This document shows, piece after piece, positions 23,976-37,946 of a DNA stretch of 64,000 nucleotides. A model generated the notes under the pieces. That model was not told the origin of the DNA. It ran no database searches and saw nothing but the letters and a program-made list of their open reading frames with translations. Position 1 is the stretch's first letter. Every line of letters starts with the position of its first letter. This DNA comes from Chara braunii (Eukaryota; Plantae; Charophyceae), in assembly GCA_003427395.1 (NCBI GenBank), contig BFEA01000034.1:3121876-3185875 (forward strand), written 5' to 3'. Position numbers and translations under genes: made by a program.

Positions 23976-25699
23976 AGCAGAAAGAACAGATGAGCAAGGA
24001 AGGAGCGCGGGCAGTGAGGAGGTGGAGGTGACCCATGAGGAGAATGCAGAGGAAAAGCAGGCCTGAAGACGTTTTCAAAGAAGCCTTCGGGCCTGGCACC
24101 GATGGACACAGAGCTCATCCTTGAGCAAACCCCCCCGCCAGAGGACATAGAGGCCTCCAAAGCCACGTACTCCTCCAGCACAGAAGAAGGGTAGGAAACT
24201 CACACCTCCCAACCACAGGCAGTGGAGAACCGCTTGGCCCCTGTTGGGACTATGGAGAACCTGCACATCTATTACGAGGGCCTGGGAGAAGAGTTCTGGA
24301 ATTGAACTTCTGCAAACTCATCCCGCTGCTGGAAAGCAGCAACAGCCTCAAGCATGCACTGGCACAGGGAGTCCCACAGGGGGCCAACTGTCAGTAGGCA
24401 TGTCAGGAACTACTATGCATATTCATCAGCCGATTTCAGGCCCCAGCCCGGGAGACGGGGGGCCTTTCTGCCAGTCGGGACATTCCCATCCCCACAGATG
24501 CCTCCGGCGGTGATAAGAGAAGCAAGGCAGGGGGGGCCCAACCAGAGAAGCATGGAGCAGAATAGGGGCAGGAGGAAGCACAGAAGCAGCTGCCACAAGA
24601 CAGCACACAACACAGCAACAGCACTGGATGGACGAGTGGGCGAGGAAAGGCACACAACGCACAGCAAAACGGTGCCTTGATCAAGCAAGCAGTATCACGA
24701 CCCTCTCAGACATTGCTTCAGATGGGCAAGGATAAACAATAGGACACAAACACTGGGCAGCAGTCGGAAAACACCCAGAACCTTTAGGAGACACAGAATG
24801 GGGAGGGGAAGGTAGAACCCAGTGGAGCAAAGGAAACTTTGAATCCCTCCCGCCCCCTTCGACTCGACAGTTACAGGGTTGAAGGTGACCACATCGGATA
24901 CACTGTTGGTGCAGACCGAGCAAACTGAGCCACAAGGGGTGCAGCTCACCCAGGCAGGAAAGGAGGCCACAGCTGCCTCGCCCCCAGAGCAGACGGAGCC
25001 ACAGAGGGCATAAACCATCCAGGTAGTGAGCACCTTTCCTGCAACCCAGGCGGGGCGGAGTGCAGAGACGGGACCTCAGGGTCGCTTGACAGCCGCCCAA
25101 CTCCATACACAGGAGCGCCCCGTGGTCTTCCCGGACCCGAACCTGACGAACAGCAGACATAAATTGAGGCACATGTTAGGTGCCGGTGGGGGCACTCAGC
25201 CCCTCTTAGAGAACGGGGTGGCAGTCATCCCGGTGAGACACAGGGAGGGGACATGGGAGGTGGGCCTTTCTGAACCTCAAATGCCACATAAGGGAAGGTC
25301 ACCCTGAAGGGTTGGTCCTCCTGCTTCCTGTCCAACGCAGTTGTTAACTGGGGGGCAGTGGGGGAAGCCTCCCTAGAGGGCGACATGAAGCGCTTCATAC
25401 AGAACAACTACCTGCCAGGAGGTATGACAACTTGACATTAGTCAACGGTTCCCAAGAGCTGGCCACAAGGGACGTCGTCCTCCTATACGACTCGTTAGGT
25501 CAAGAGAGCCTGAGCTGGCTCACGCACCACTCCCTCTAATACCTTCAACTCCTTAAAAATCAAAGCAGGCACTCACTTGTCAGAAGAAGATGTGTGCTCC
25601 CTGCTGCTCAGGCTTCTCTGGTCAGACCTCCTTCAGAACTGGAGTGCTATCAATAGGGCTCATTGGATCCACCTCTAAGAGGTCACAAGCCATCCACGT

Positions 25700-25769
25700 G
25701 ACAATGTAGCTCAGTTGGTAAGGCGTTCAAGCGGCACTCAGGAGGTCGTGGGTTCAACTCCCATTGCCC
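25700..25769 (+). pseudogene. tRNA-like unit 1 (anticodon position GGC)
   Basis: A-box TAGCTCAGTTGGTA, B-box GGTTCAACTCC, acceptor gacaatg/cattgcc; anticodon stem broken. Confidence 0.7.
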
Positions 25770-25833
25770 CCACGATAGTGCCTGTGGCATGCTTGATGTC
25801 TTACCTTCGAGACGGCCAGTTGGTAAAGCCAAG

Positions 25834-25904
25834 GGCGTGGTAGCTCAGTGGACCGACCTCTGGTGTTGCAACGGGGAGGCTGTGGGTTCGACTTTGTCAA
25901 GCCC
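25834..25904 (+). pseudogene. tRNA-like unit 2 (anticodon position TGC)
   Basis: TAGCTCAGTGG ... GGTTCGACT; acceptor ggcgtgg/tcaagcc; T and anticodon stems decayed. Confidence 0.65.
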
Positions 25905-25991
25905 ACAATTTCCCCCGAGCACAATTGGTTGGTGTAGATTGCACCCCACGTAGTTGCCCTGAGCCTGGCATAGCACCTTTACAGACTAATG

Positions 25992-26053
25992 GTCTCAATA
26001 GCTCAGTGGGTAGAGCTCGGATATTGTAACTTGGAGGTCCCGGGTTAAACTCC
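25992..26053 (+). pseudogene. tRNA-like unit 3 (anticodon position TGT), 3'-truncated
   Basis: TAGCTCAGTGGGTAGAGC ... AGGTCCCGGGTTAAACTCC. Confidence 0.65.
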
Positions 26054-26209
26054 AATACACATAACACAACACACATAACTCATAGCTCAAAAATCGACTG
26101 GGGGGTTGGGGGGTGCAGGGGGGGATGTGCTGGAGGTTTTCCCTGGCAGGAATCAGCCCTGTGGCCCCTCCATACTATGCTCATTCGTCATGTCTATACC
26201 TGATAGGTA

Positions 26210-26690
26210 TACAGGCTGGTCTAGAGTTCGCTTAGACAAGACACTGCCTGGGGTGGCGCTGAGGACACATTCGGTTCCGGACTAGTTTGGAGTGGCACAC
26301 AGGCTAGTCTAGAGTTGGCTTAGGTACTGACACTGCCTACGATGGCTCCGTGGAAACATTCGGTTCCGGACTAGCCTGGACCATATAATCAACCATGAAA
26401 TAATCCTGATAGGTACTCTAGCTGGTCTAGAGTTGGCATAGGTAGTATGGTGCCTAGGGTGGCTCCGAGGAAACATTCGGTTCCGGGCTATAGAGTGGCA
26501 CACAGGCCGGTCTAGAGTTGGCTTAGGGAGACTGCCTATGGTGGTTCCGTGGAAACATTCGGTTCCGGACTGGCCCATAGTGGCAACTGTAACATCATCC
26601 CAATAGGCGCCCAGAGTGGTCTAGAGCTGACTTAGGTAAGACATTGACTAGGGTGGCTCTGTGGAAACTTTCGGTTCCAGAATGGCCTGG
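26210..26690. repeat. Diverged tandem array (about 5 units of 85-120 bp)
   Basis: Each unit is ggtctagagttggcttagg...ggtggctccg.ggaaacattcggttccgg. Related sequence lies near 16570 and 26935. Confidence 0.85.
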
Positions 26691-28648
26691 GATCATAACT
26701 CGTGACTAATAATAACCACTGAGGGTGCAAGGGGGGATGGGCCGGAGGTCTTCCCTGGCAGAAATCGGCCCTGTGGTGAACTGGTGCGGGTTACGGAATC
26801 GATAACCTTGCCCCCTCAGCATGAACAATAACACAACCCCTAATAGAGCAATAATAGTAGGCTATGCTAGGAACATGGCGCCCGGGTTGGGTCAGAAGGG
26901 CTGTCTCAGGTAAGACCTTGGTTAGGGTAGAACCACTAGAGACTGCCTAGGGAAAGGCTCCAAGGAATATTCGCTGTCTGACCAAACTTGGGCTGGTGCC
27001 CATAGGAAAAAAGGACAACGGACGATCATGCTTGGCGACCGAAGTGCCCGTGCGACAAGGCTCGCTCGATAGTGCTTCAACTAGGGCTGGGAGAGGTTTG
27101 TCATGGCCTAGTGCTGGTATCTGCAACCGCTGTCCAGTACACCCGAGAGGGCCAAACAAGTGCCGCCGTAGATGAGGAAGCAGAGGTTACACTAAGGAAG
27201 CAGAAAGATGAGGGGACGTAGCTAGCATAATCATGTATAATCCTGGCGGCCTGCCTTCTGGCCGAAGAGGCACTCCCCACTGCATTCTCCATTGTTTTTT
27301 TTTTTTTTTTTTTCTTCTTCTTCTTCTTCTCAATTTCACCTTTCACTACCTACCTACCACTAGTACAGAGCCCCAGCCTTGCAGGAAGTTTTTGTCTCCA
27401 CAAGCAAAACTCGGAGGTGCCGTTGAGAAAGAAAATTGGCGGCTTCCGAAGTGGTGCGGATTTCATGCTGACATCCACGGGCTGATGTGTGGTGTACTGG
27501 TGCTTTAAGCCTATACTGGGGACCCCTGCAAGCACAGCTACCTCTCACAAAAGGGGGATGCATGGTGCCGCCCGCCCTAATCGGCGGTGGTCAGGGAGTA
27601 GGATAGGGCCGCCGGTGGGGGGGGCTGGCTAACGCAAAGATCGAGTAACATGGTTTTTTCAGCTGTAAAAGGGGACACTGGGCCCGATTCCCCGCAGGTG
27701 CGGCTCCCCACCAATAGATGCAGCCTAGCCGGGAAAGTGTGTGCTCCTACCAGCACCTCAGCTATTTCCGGGGTGGTTGTCTTAGGAAAAGGGGAAAAAA
27801 AAAGGAAAGACAAACTGTGGAAACAATGCAAATGGGTGGTGGACCCGGACCTCCTGTCCCTGAATGTGAATGGTCTAGCCTCAGCAGGCAATCCTATAAC
27901 AGCTCAGAGGCGGGGAGGGGTGTGACTCGCCAGACATCATCTGTGTTCGAGAGACACACCTGATGGACACTGCGGAACACAACCATGCCCACACTGATAT
28001 CTGGCCCCACCAAGCCTACTGTGCACACTCGCCAAGGCCTGGAAGCGGAGGGGCTGCTCTCCCAGCTCTCGAGTGGAAGTCCTTAAACCACCAGTACCTT
28101 TCTCAGCTATTGTTGCCGAGCCTAAAAGTGCCCTGTGCTCTAGGCCTGGAGAGGGCGGGTACCAGACCGGGACATTTGTTGGCTGGCACCGGTGACTCCC
28201 CTTAGGGCAGACCTGCCCCTGGGAGCTGGAATGGAACACGGCAGCCTTTTGCTTGTTTCCACTCGTGTACAGCTCCTGGTCTAAGCGCCAAGATTCTTCT
28301 TCCTGAAAAAGGAAAAGGAAAAAAAGGAAGCAAAAACTTCTAACAAGGACATAACGTCCCGTCAGTGCTGTCAGGAGCCCGCCTCTCACGGCAGGCAGGA
28401 TGAAGAGACATGATTGACAAAAAGAAAAAAGTAAAAAAGAAAGGAGCCCCTCAGCCACAGGCAAAACACAAAACAAACGGCTGCATATCTTTCCATATTC
28501 CAGTGCAAGATCATCTCATTTTGCGAGTAGTGAAAGGATGACCCCCAGTGTGAGCAGGCCCTCAGCTACAGGCAAAGGATCAGAGAGCTGAAAAAGTTCA
28601 AAAAACGAAGAATGGAGAAAAGAAAACCATTGCTAGTGGCTGTATATC

Positions 28649-29263
28649 TGTTGCATGCTCCACCTGCCACAGGCTGCACGGGCCATTTTCAGGCCCGTGT
28701 TGTTTTCAGCCCAAAAGCCTGAAAACAAGGGCCTACAGGCCCTGTGTCGTTTCAGCCTGAAAGCCTGAAAACAAGGGCCTACAGGCCCTGTGTCGTTTCA
28801 GCCTGAAAGCCTGAAAACAAGGGCCTACAGGCCCTGTGTCGTTTCAGCCTAAATCAGGGCCTTTCCGGCCCTGAGTCTTTTCAGCCTGAAACTGAGGGCC
28901 ATTTTCAGGCCACCTCATAAGATCGACCTGCCCTGAAAATCAGGCACCAGACCAGGGTTTTAGCTCAGTCCAATTTTGGCCTATTTTCAAGACAACCTTT
29001 GTCTGAGCTTCAACCCCAGGGTCTGGCAAGTTTTGGCATTGGCAAGAGCAGCCTCCTGGACGGGCCAGCACTATATAAGACTGGCCCACCCTGCAGGTTG
29101 CAGGTAGTTCATAGGGACTTCCCAGGCACTTCAGGTGCAGTTCAGGAGGCAGGAGGTAGTCTTCAGGATTCGGCAGCAGCACTCTGGAGGAGCGCTGCAG
29201 GAGTAGCGGTAGTGCTAGCAGTAGTCTTCAGCGCTGGGCGCTAGTAGCAGCTAGAGTAGTACC

Positions 29264-29349
<86 letters not shown>

Positions 29350-29350
29350 N

Positions 29351-29413
<63 letters not shown>

Positions 29414-30201
29414 GGCGGAGGCCATGGATACTTACCTGCAGCGCCATAGCTCCAGCTTCGTCTTCGAGGTGCCTGCAGCACAGCGCCAACTTCACAGGTT
29501 AGTACCTGGCACGTGAGAGAAAGAGAGTTCTTCTTCTTCATCTTCTCAGTCCACCATCTCCCCATCACCCTCTCGCTATCTGACTTCACTGCATCAGGAG
29601 ACTATGAGAGAGAGAGCGAGAGAGCTTGGTGACATTGGATCCAGACTCGACATTGGGCTTCAGACGTTTTGACGAGGGACTATTTGAGACTTGTAACGAA
29701 TACTTGGTGTTGACGACATTCCCATCTTCCCCTTCCTCTTCGTCTGATCCCCTCCTCTTCGTCTGTGTATGATCTGGACCTGGCGCACACTTCCTGTGTG
29801 TAGCGCCAGACCCCCTTCACACCTCGTGATGTGGATGATGTATGTTTGGTCTGTAACGCGACATTGATTGGGCTAGTCATTGGTTTCCTAGCATTCTGCT
29901 GCGTTGTCTTGCACTACGTGAGAGAGGTCAGTCCCGGTTAGGTCGGGACTTGTATCAAAGTCTTCCACTGCGCTATAAGAACCATTCTTGTATGTATCGG
30001 AATGCACACTGCTTGTTGAGATTCTACTTGCACTGCATTGTCCATCCAGTCCTTTTTATCACATTGCGGATCCTTGGTTATATATGTGCATAGCCCAACT
30101 GGGCATGTAACAGTATCTTTCCATGTTCCAGAGGACTATTCACTCTCATTTTGTGAGCAGTGTGGGGAGGATCCTTATCTGAGGGCATACTCACACTAAC
30201 A
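28649..30201 (+). mobile_element. LTR-like fragment (possible solo LTR) of a separate family
   Basis: Begins tgtt and ends taaca; TATA-like ctatataag at about 29071. 29510-29650 is homologous (inverted) to 47175-47325. No clean TSD, so ends are uncertain. Confidence 0.45.
28717..28850. repeat. 46-bp tandem repeat x3 with degenerate flanking units
   Basis: gcctgaaaacaagggcctacaggccctgtgtcgtttcagcctgaaa at 28717, 28763, 28809. Confidence 0.95.
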
Positions 30202-30949
30202 CGTACAATTGCAAATTATATGTGAGCCAATTTGTGATTATACGGCACTTCCCAGTCACAAAACACACCCGTATACATAACAAAACAGAAAGGACACAGT
30301 CTCGACCTGCTTTAGAAATGCGATTCTACAGGCAGAGGAGTCACACAGCACGATGCATAAAAATCCATCCCTTTTTCCTTTTTTTTTTTTCTTTTCTTTT
30401 CTTACGAGAGCTGCCCACCAAACGTCAAATTCTTTTTTTTGAGAAATTTGTCAGGAAACGTTGTGAGTTGGGGGAAGGACCAAAGCGCTTCCGCCGACGC
30501 TAATTTGCGCTCGGACCAAGCGCTGTTCAACCGGTAACGGAGGACCTAGGGCAACAGCTCCCGCAGTCAGCAGGACAACGGCCTGGAAGAGACGTCATCT
30601 AGCTCGCTCTTCGAAGCGACAACAGGGATGTTGACGAGAGTTAGCACCTCTGCTAGGTTTGACGCCACGTGCCTAGCGAGTCTCCTTCCCAATACTAGCG
30701 ATACCACAGCGACCACCGTTACCAGTTAGGGCACTCCTGTGCCCGAAGGAAGCTTTTGGATCCGAAGGACGCATACTCCAATCCCCAATACCTTTTAGCT
30801 CATGACATATTCCACTGCCCCCTACTTTCTCCTCCCCGTTTCTCCTCGCTCTCCCTTCATCTATCCTTGTGCTAGCAGTAGTCTCCTGACACAATGAACC
30901 CCGAAATGGGGACAGGGATGGTGAACAGGTAACCCCCCCCCCGGCCCGG

Positions 30950-32207
30950 GAGAACATGAGGATGATACAAGAGTAAGGGAGCTCGTCCGACTTTGCTACG
31001 AGGATGGCATCCTCCCCAGGGACATCGACCCAAGGGAAATGACAGTACAAGGGCGCAACGTCAGATTCAAAGTGAAGGACTCCGTAGATAGACTAAAGGT
31101 ACAGTGGCTGAAGGAGCGGACGGTCACCATGATCTTCAGAGATGCAGCTCGTTTTCTTCTAAGGAACGTGAAGGAGGACCTCATCAGAGCTTACGAAGAC
31201 GAAAGAATCCAAACAGGCGAATTTGGTGAAGGCTTCAGCAGAGGAAGGGTTAAGGTGGAAAGCCTTAACGAGCTTCGTACGTCGCAAAGAGCACTACGAT
31301 CTTCGCTTGGCTAGTGGAGAAACGGAGTGCGGACGTGGTTCTGGGAGGGGACACCTATAGGATGGGGTTCAAGCCCTGGATCACCAATGTGCAGCTAAGG
31401 GAGCAACGAAGACAAGAGGACCTGACAACCTTTTGGGTTATCGCAGTCCAAGTACCGTTGGACGCCATGTTCTACCTGGAGTCGCACATACGACGAGCTA
31501 TCGACCCTGTCACGCTGACACATCCGCCGGAGCAGGACCGTCAAAAACCGACACTGGTTAACATCAAGTTTGACCTCGATCCGGAAGCTAGGCCAAACAT
31601 GAAGGACTCGATAACGGTGGACACCTTTGAAGGATACGAACTTGTAGTCAAGCTTGCGTCATTAGAAACTCCACGGTGCCGGAAATGTCGCGCTTTCTTT
31701 CACATAACTGACGAATGTAGGAGAGGAGGTCGACCTCGTCAACAGCAAGGCAGTGCAGGAGGTCAAGGCGGCAGGGAAGAAGTGGCTAAGGAGGGATCGT
31801 CCAGATAGGTTTATCATGGACCGCTGGGAAGAGGAGGAGTGAGTGCCCAACCTGCGGTTTCCTCCGTAGGAGGCGGACCGGTCCAGCCACCAGACATGAG
31901 TTTCGCTAACATCTATCAGAATCCAGCTTACACGGTGACTCCGCAGGCCATGCAGCCTAACGCCTTCCTGACTCGGCTGTTCCAAGAGATGGCGCTCGCA
32001 CAAGCAGGCAGCTCCCTCCCGTTAGGGCAACCATTGGGATTCTTCCCACAAACGGTTAATCCAGGTTACGGAGGAGGTTTCCAACCTTCCCAGGACGTGC
32101 AGAACAGATTCCTGCCCTCCTGCCTTTTCCCAGGAGGTGGTCAAGTGGAACAACAGGGAGGCATCGGAGGAGGTCCGAGTACTAGCCAGACACGAGCCAG
32201 AGCAGAT
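30950..32207 (+). pseudogene. L1-type LINE ORF1 remnant (DUF4283-like region plus zinc knuckle)
   Basis: KPW...FWVIAVQVP and CRKCRAFFHITDEC (CX2CX4HX4C). Frameshifted; cut off by Gypsy-derived sequence. Confidence 0.75.
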
Positions 32208-35200
32208 GTGTTAAAACTAGAATGATTAGTTGATAATTGTATTGAATTAGGTAAGAAGGAAAATGAGTATATATGTGTTAGGATCGCATGTGTCGGTCAG
32301 GTCGAGCATGTTTAAGGTCTTGGTTGAGAGTATACTTGTCCGATATGGTTAAGGTAGAGTGAGGCAGTATCGATCAAGTCGAGCATGTTTAGCAAAATGA
32401 TAAAGCTATGCAAGTATTTCCCCCCATAACTAAAGGGTGTTTGGGTCGTTACCGTGGGAAGTGACATATGAACGAAGTAAGATGAGGATAAGGAAGGTAC
32501 TAACTCTTTTCGACTAAGGAATGAGTCCCACTACTAGAGTCTGGTTTGAGGCTGGTTTGATGGAAGGAAGGTTAGTATAACGGAGAGGAAGTATGTTTAG
32601 TTTGTTTTGTTTATTCTTAATAGAGAAGCCCAATAGACGGGAAATGATGGCGAGCGCAAACACTGCGGCCGATTGTGAGGAAGGAGGTCCGGCAGTGGAT
32701 GACCTGGTTGAGGCCTTGGATCGACGAGAGGTAACTCGGTCAATAGCAAATTTCCCACGAGAAATGAAAGTTGAAAAAATATTTCATTAAAAAAAAATCC
32801 TTCATATTTATAAATTATCCTTCCAATGTTCGTCCAATTCTAAAATTCTCCATTTAATTTGATAAGTCTCGTTTAAATACGAGTTTTCCCTTCCAACTAC
32901 ATTTATTTGTTCAAGATGAAATGAAAGTCTGGACGAGTTTATGAAATGTTTTAATTAAACTTTCATTCTACTACAACAAATATCTTCTAATTTAGATTGG
33001 ATTAACATATTTATGACTAAAAATCCTTACTTAGAATTACGGCCCAATTAAAATATTTCATGAACTCATCCAGACTTTCATTTCATCTCTAGCATGCAGT
33101 TCAAATAAGAAAGGGATACCCCATTCTTGGAAGGAAAATTTTCAAGTAAGACGGAAAATTTTAAAATTGGAATGACATTTTTTAAGATGGAATGAAAATT
33201 GAAAATTTAGAATGTAATTTTACTCTAGAATGATTATTTAATTCTAGGAAATTTTTCTCCTGATGATGGATTAGTACAAAGGTTGAGACATTCTTGTTAA
33301 AAGGGGAAAGGGTCTCCGATTGGTTAGATATGGTGGAGCAAGTGATGGTGGAGTTGTCGGAGCCTGACAAGTTTAAGTGTGTCATGAAGTACGTATGGTA
33401 CGAGTTTCACTCTGAAATACATAATGTAATAACGGGTGCGCATGAAAGTTATAATAGGTTTAGGGATGAGATGAAGAGAAGGTTCAAGTTGGGAGATGGT
33501 CTAGTAACTATTTCGGATCCGGAGGTCATATGTAGAAACGACTGCATGACGGTGAGTGATTTTGCTTCTGCCTTCAAGAAGAAGGTCAATAAAGTCCATG
33601 GGATAGCGGAGGAAGAGAAGTGTGTCAACCTTTTGGGATTTTTTTCGGCCACAGAAGCAGGGGCATTGATAAGTCGGGGGGAAGTTGGGGAAAAACTTAC
33701 GTCGGCCATGCTAACGAAGAGTATAGAGGAAGACGATTTGAACCAGGTTTACCTGTTCCGAATGCGTCATCATAGCATAAGGAGCAGGAATCAGCCACGA
33801 CGCGAGTCCCAAATGTGCGGAAGATAGTACATGACGTACTCGCCCAGTTGGGAGTTGGGAAAAAGCGGGTGATCTAGAGAAAGGTTGTGACTGTTGTCAA
33901 GGGTAAAGGAAAGGAGTCGGCACAAGAAGAAGTCGAAGAAGAAGAGTATGAGGAAGAGGAGGAGCCAGAGCCTCGGTGATTAACTATGGCGCAACGTAAG
34001 CAGCTCAATCTTGCGTTAGGGGGACAAGGCTCAAGAAAAGGGCAAGTTCCTCAAGTTTTGGCAGTGGTCCAGCCTGAAGCGAGAAACCCGTTAAGGATCT
34101 TCGCAGATGGGGCAACAATCTTACGCATAGTGGCCATCTTTTTGCCTGATACGACCCCGACCGGTGTATAATCCATACATGTCTTGAGCAATGAGTGGCC
34201 AGACCACAGCCAGTCAGTTTGGACCCTACCCCAATCTTCATATGACTATGATGCCGCCAAGCTTCCCAGCGGCCCAAACCCAGCCTATGGGGCCGCCTGA
34301 ATCCCCCGCACAACAAGCATCACAAGCTAGTGTGGCTGGAGGGGGAGCTCAAGAACAAGGAACTTGAAGGAAGCGGTGGTGGCCAAGGGAATGATGGTCG
34401 TGGCCAAGAGGGTGATAGTAGCGGACGAGGCAATGGTGGAGATCGAGGGAAAGGATGGAATGGTGGTGGCCGCGACATTGGGTGGAATGGCCAAAATGGT
34501 TAGGATGGTCAAGAAGGTGGCAAGGGGTACGGGCGGGCACGCTTTGACTGGACAAATTCTTTTTGTAGGCATTGTGGGATAATAGGTCATACTACTCGCT
34601 ACTACCAGATTAAAAGGCTAGATGAGAAAAAAAAATTGATATCCTCGAATGTGGACGGGGATATCTACGACAAGCTTGGGAATTACATCGACCCCAAGAT
34701 TCCATGGGTACGAGGAAGGAGGCCATTAGACGAGCAAACGAGCAACCTGCGTCACCAACAATGTTTAGGTTGTGGCAAGAAAATAAAGAGTCGTCCGGGT
34801 GGAAAAAGTGAAAGATGATGACGAGGTGACTCAAAGGCTAGAGGTTGGGACAATTGTGGAAGAGCCAATAGTCCTTGAGTCAGATAGTGAAGACTCGGAT
34901 AGTGAAAGGGAATCTGCATCAAGTATCCTCTGTAAAATGGAGGACTTTATGAAGAAAGTGGGAAGGTATCAACAAAAGTTGGTAGAAATGTGCAATGAAG
35001 TAAGGTTATGGGCCGTTGAACAACCCAAGATGTTCATGTGTGACTCTGGCCCTGAGGTGGCGGCAGCACAGCAAGGGTATCCGGAGGTAGCGACGGTGGA
35101 AACGACACCAAGGTTGGAATGACCTTTAGGTCCCCGACTTCGCATGGAAGGGTACCACAGACGTCCAAGACGAGAGCTTAAGACAAAGTCGGACCGAGTC

Positions 35201-37946
35201 AAGCACCCCCTTAGAAGGAGCCAGATCCGGAACGAAGAAAAGAAATTGGAGAAGTTCTGGATGAAGATAAGGATGAAGAGGATGAAAGACTGCGTTAGGA
35301 AGAAGATAAGCGGGCGGAGCAGAGAGCTAGGATGAGAGGAGTTCAGAGCAAAGTCGAAACGAGTCAGCGAGGTGGTGCTCAAAATAGCAATAAGTATGCG
35401 GTTCGACTCGAAGAGGAATTTGATGTGGAAAGAATGATGGATCGACTATTAGAAGGTCATAATGACCTTCTAAACTTAAAGGATATCCTGGTTTCCGCCT
35501 CAAAGTTATGAACTGAAAGGACGTATGTCAAGGAGGTTGATACCAAATGTCCACTTGGGAACTATACTCCCCAGAGAGGCTGAGTAGGTGGAGACAGGTA
35601 CCGAAATGGATTCGAAGTGTGGAAGCGTGTTGCTTGTGGGTTGGTGGACCTGGTGGTGAAAGGTTCAAAGCGTACCACAATGGTGGATACGGGCGTGGAA
35701 ATTAACATCATCAGGAAAAGGGACACAGTTGAATTGGGAATGGACATCGACCGAACTGACTGGGGCATCCTCCATGGAGTCAATTGTAAGGCGGTATTTT
35801 GTTGAATGTGGTCATCGAAATTAAAAAAGTGAAGGCTAGAACATGTTTCTTCATTATGCCTAACGTGGATCATCCCATCCTGATGGGGAAATTGTTCCTA
35901 TATCGAACGGAGACTCAAATCTTCAACAAACATGACGAAACAATGATCCTAATTCTGTGTGATCCGGTGTGTGGTAACTACGACGTGATTGCTTGTCGGA
36001 ACACGAGCCCGCAGAGTATGAGGAACCGGCCTAACCCCGACTCGTTTACTATTGAAGAATCTGAAAATGAGCAACGGAGGTTAGTCGCGGAGTTGGAGAG
36101 GGTAGAGTGTCTCGAAGTGTTGTCTCTCAGTGTATCCAACATCAATGATGCCATGGAGATAATCACGGTCTATGAGTTGGCAGATCCTGAGGCGATCAGG
36201 GCTTTGAAGGAGCAGGTCATGGAGAGTCCCTGGGTGGGAAAGTGGAACTAACTTACCGACTTCCTAGAAAGAGGGATCCTGCCATGGTGCAAGCCCAAAC
36301 TGCAAGCTGACTTTTTTTAGGGGATGACTTAAACAGGGTTCCTGAAGGCGGTATAGAAACTGATAGATAAAAAATGTCACATGGTTCCCATGATCGTTAC
36401 CGAAGAAGAAGAGGCATATTACGAGCGGGGGCGTTGATTGATACGACGAATGCATGAGCAAACTGCAAATGAGTCGTGTCGTATTAATGGCGAAAATTAA
36501 GTGAAGTTTATAGTAGGCGAGCCTGATTTTCTCCTGCCTTAAGAACAAACACTGATGGTGGAGTTAATGAAGAAGAGGCATCGCACGTACGCTTTTTAGT
36601 GACGGCCAACCCGGGAGATTGGATGTGAATAAAATCCCGATGATTTAGATTCGTATTGTACCGCATGAACCATAGAATCTATGTGACGCGTGATACCTCA
36701 ATCCTGACGAAGAGAAGAAGGTGGTTGACTATTTGGATGCCAAGATGCGGCCGAATGTTGCTGATTTTTTTAGCTGACCATATGCGTCACCATGATTTTG
36801 TTTCGTCGAACCAAATGAGACGCTACAATGGGTTGAAGATTTGCAGCGGCTAAATGTTGTAACAGTGCATGATGTTGGAGACTTGCCTAACGCCGAAGCT
36901 TTGTCCAAATCATGCGCAGAAAGGTCTATAAATTCTCTTAAATACTTTTATTCTGGGTATGATCAGTTCCTTGTGTATCCGTTGGACAGACCAGTAACAA
37001 CTATGCATACGTCGAGAGGCTTATTCATATGAATGTAACCCCGTAGGGATGGACTAGCATTGTGGCGATGGTCCAAAGGCATATGATCCGAGCCATGCAA
37101 ACAGTCCCTTGCCTAAGAAGGAGACATTTGCGGTTCTCCATTGCCTAAGGATTTTTCGCAACTATATCTTTGCCAGAAGGTTCATATTGGTTGTTGACCC
37201 AACCTCCCTTGCTTGTTTTCTCAAGAATTACACTCTATCAAATCCAACGGTTGTCCGATGGTTGACATACATTTGGATGTTTAACGTTGAAGAGGATTCC
37301 TGGGAGCAAGAACAAAGCAAATGGGTTGAGTCGCATCAATTGGGACAAGGCAAAGGAAAGTGGGATTGAAGATACACCTCCAGTTGATGAATTCCTCGAT
37401 CAGGAAGAAGATGTCCGCCTTTATATCAACACTTGGTCACTGCAGGTGTCAAATGTGTTGTCAAGCCCATGTGGATAATTTCACAGGGGTATGAAAAAAT
37501 GGCAGACTTAGTCCTGAAGCATTTTGAAGAAGAGGATCCATGGGGAAGCAAGGACGTTCAGTGAATAATGAAGTTGGCATTGGCAGGGACTCATGGTTTA
37601 GCTGAGAAAGTAAGGGTAATTGAAGACGGCCCCACTCGAGTAGAAAGGTACGAAGAACTCAAAGGAATGTATGTCCTAACAAACACGCTTCTGCAAAAAG
37701 GAATCGGTCGGAAGGATCGTTTGGACTTTGGTGAAGACCGAAAAATAACACCGGTAAGTCAAGATGATGAATTTGAAAAAGGTGACATAAAAAAACCATG
37801 TCGTGCTGAGGAGTACGATGAAATTTATCTTAAGCTATGATTCCTCTTTGTTACGAGTTTAGGAGCAAGGACGCAAGCGAAAATACCCTGAGATTAAGGT
37901 CGTCATTCTTGATAAGAGATGACCACCTCTTTATGAAGCTTCATGT
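32208..37946 (+). mobile_element. Decayed Ty3/Gypsy element (gag-PR-partial RT-RNase H), related to the minus-strand element
   Basis: GERVSDWL (gag), VDTGVEINII (PR), YSGYDQF (RT), KKETFAVLHCLRIFR (RH) align with 53-60 kb ORFs. Many stops and frameshifts, a deletion at about 37105, truncated before the integrase. Confidence 0.85.
32740..33262 (+). mobile_element. AT-rich MITE-like insertion in gag, copy 1
   Basis: Reverse complement of 41176-41702; interrupts gag between ...EVTRS and ...VETFLLKGERV. Confidence 0.85.

Noticed and set aside
25700-26053. Functional tRNA genes, including tRNA-Sec
   Set aside because: Broken anticodon and T stems, no TCA anticodon and no long variable arm; reported only as tRNA-like.
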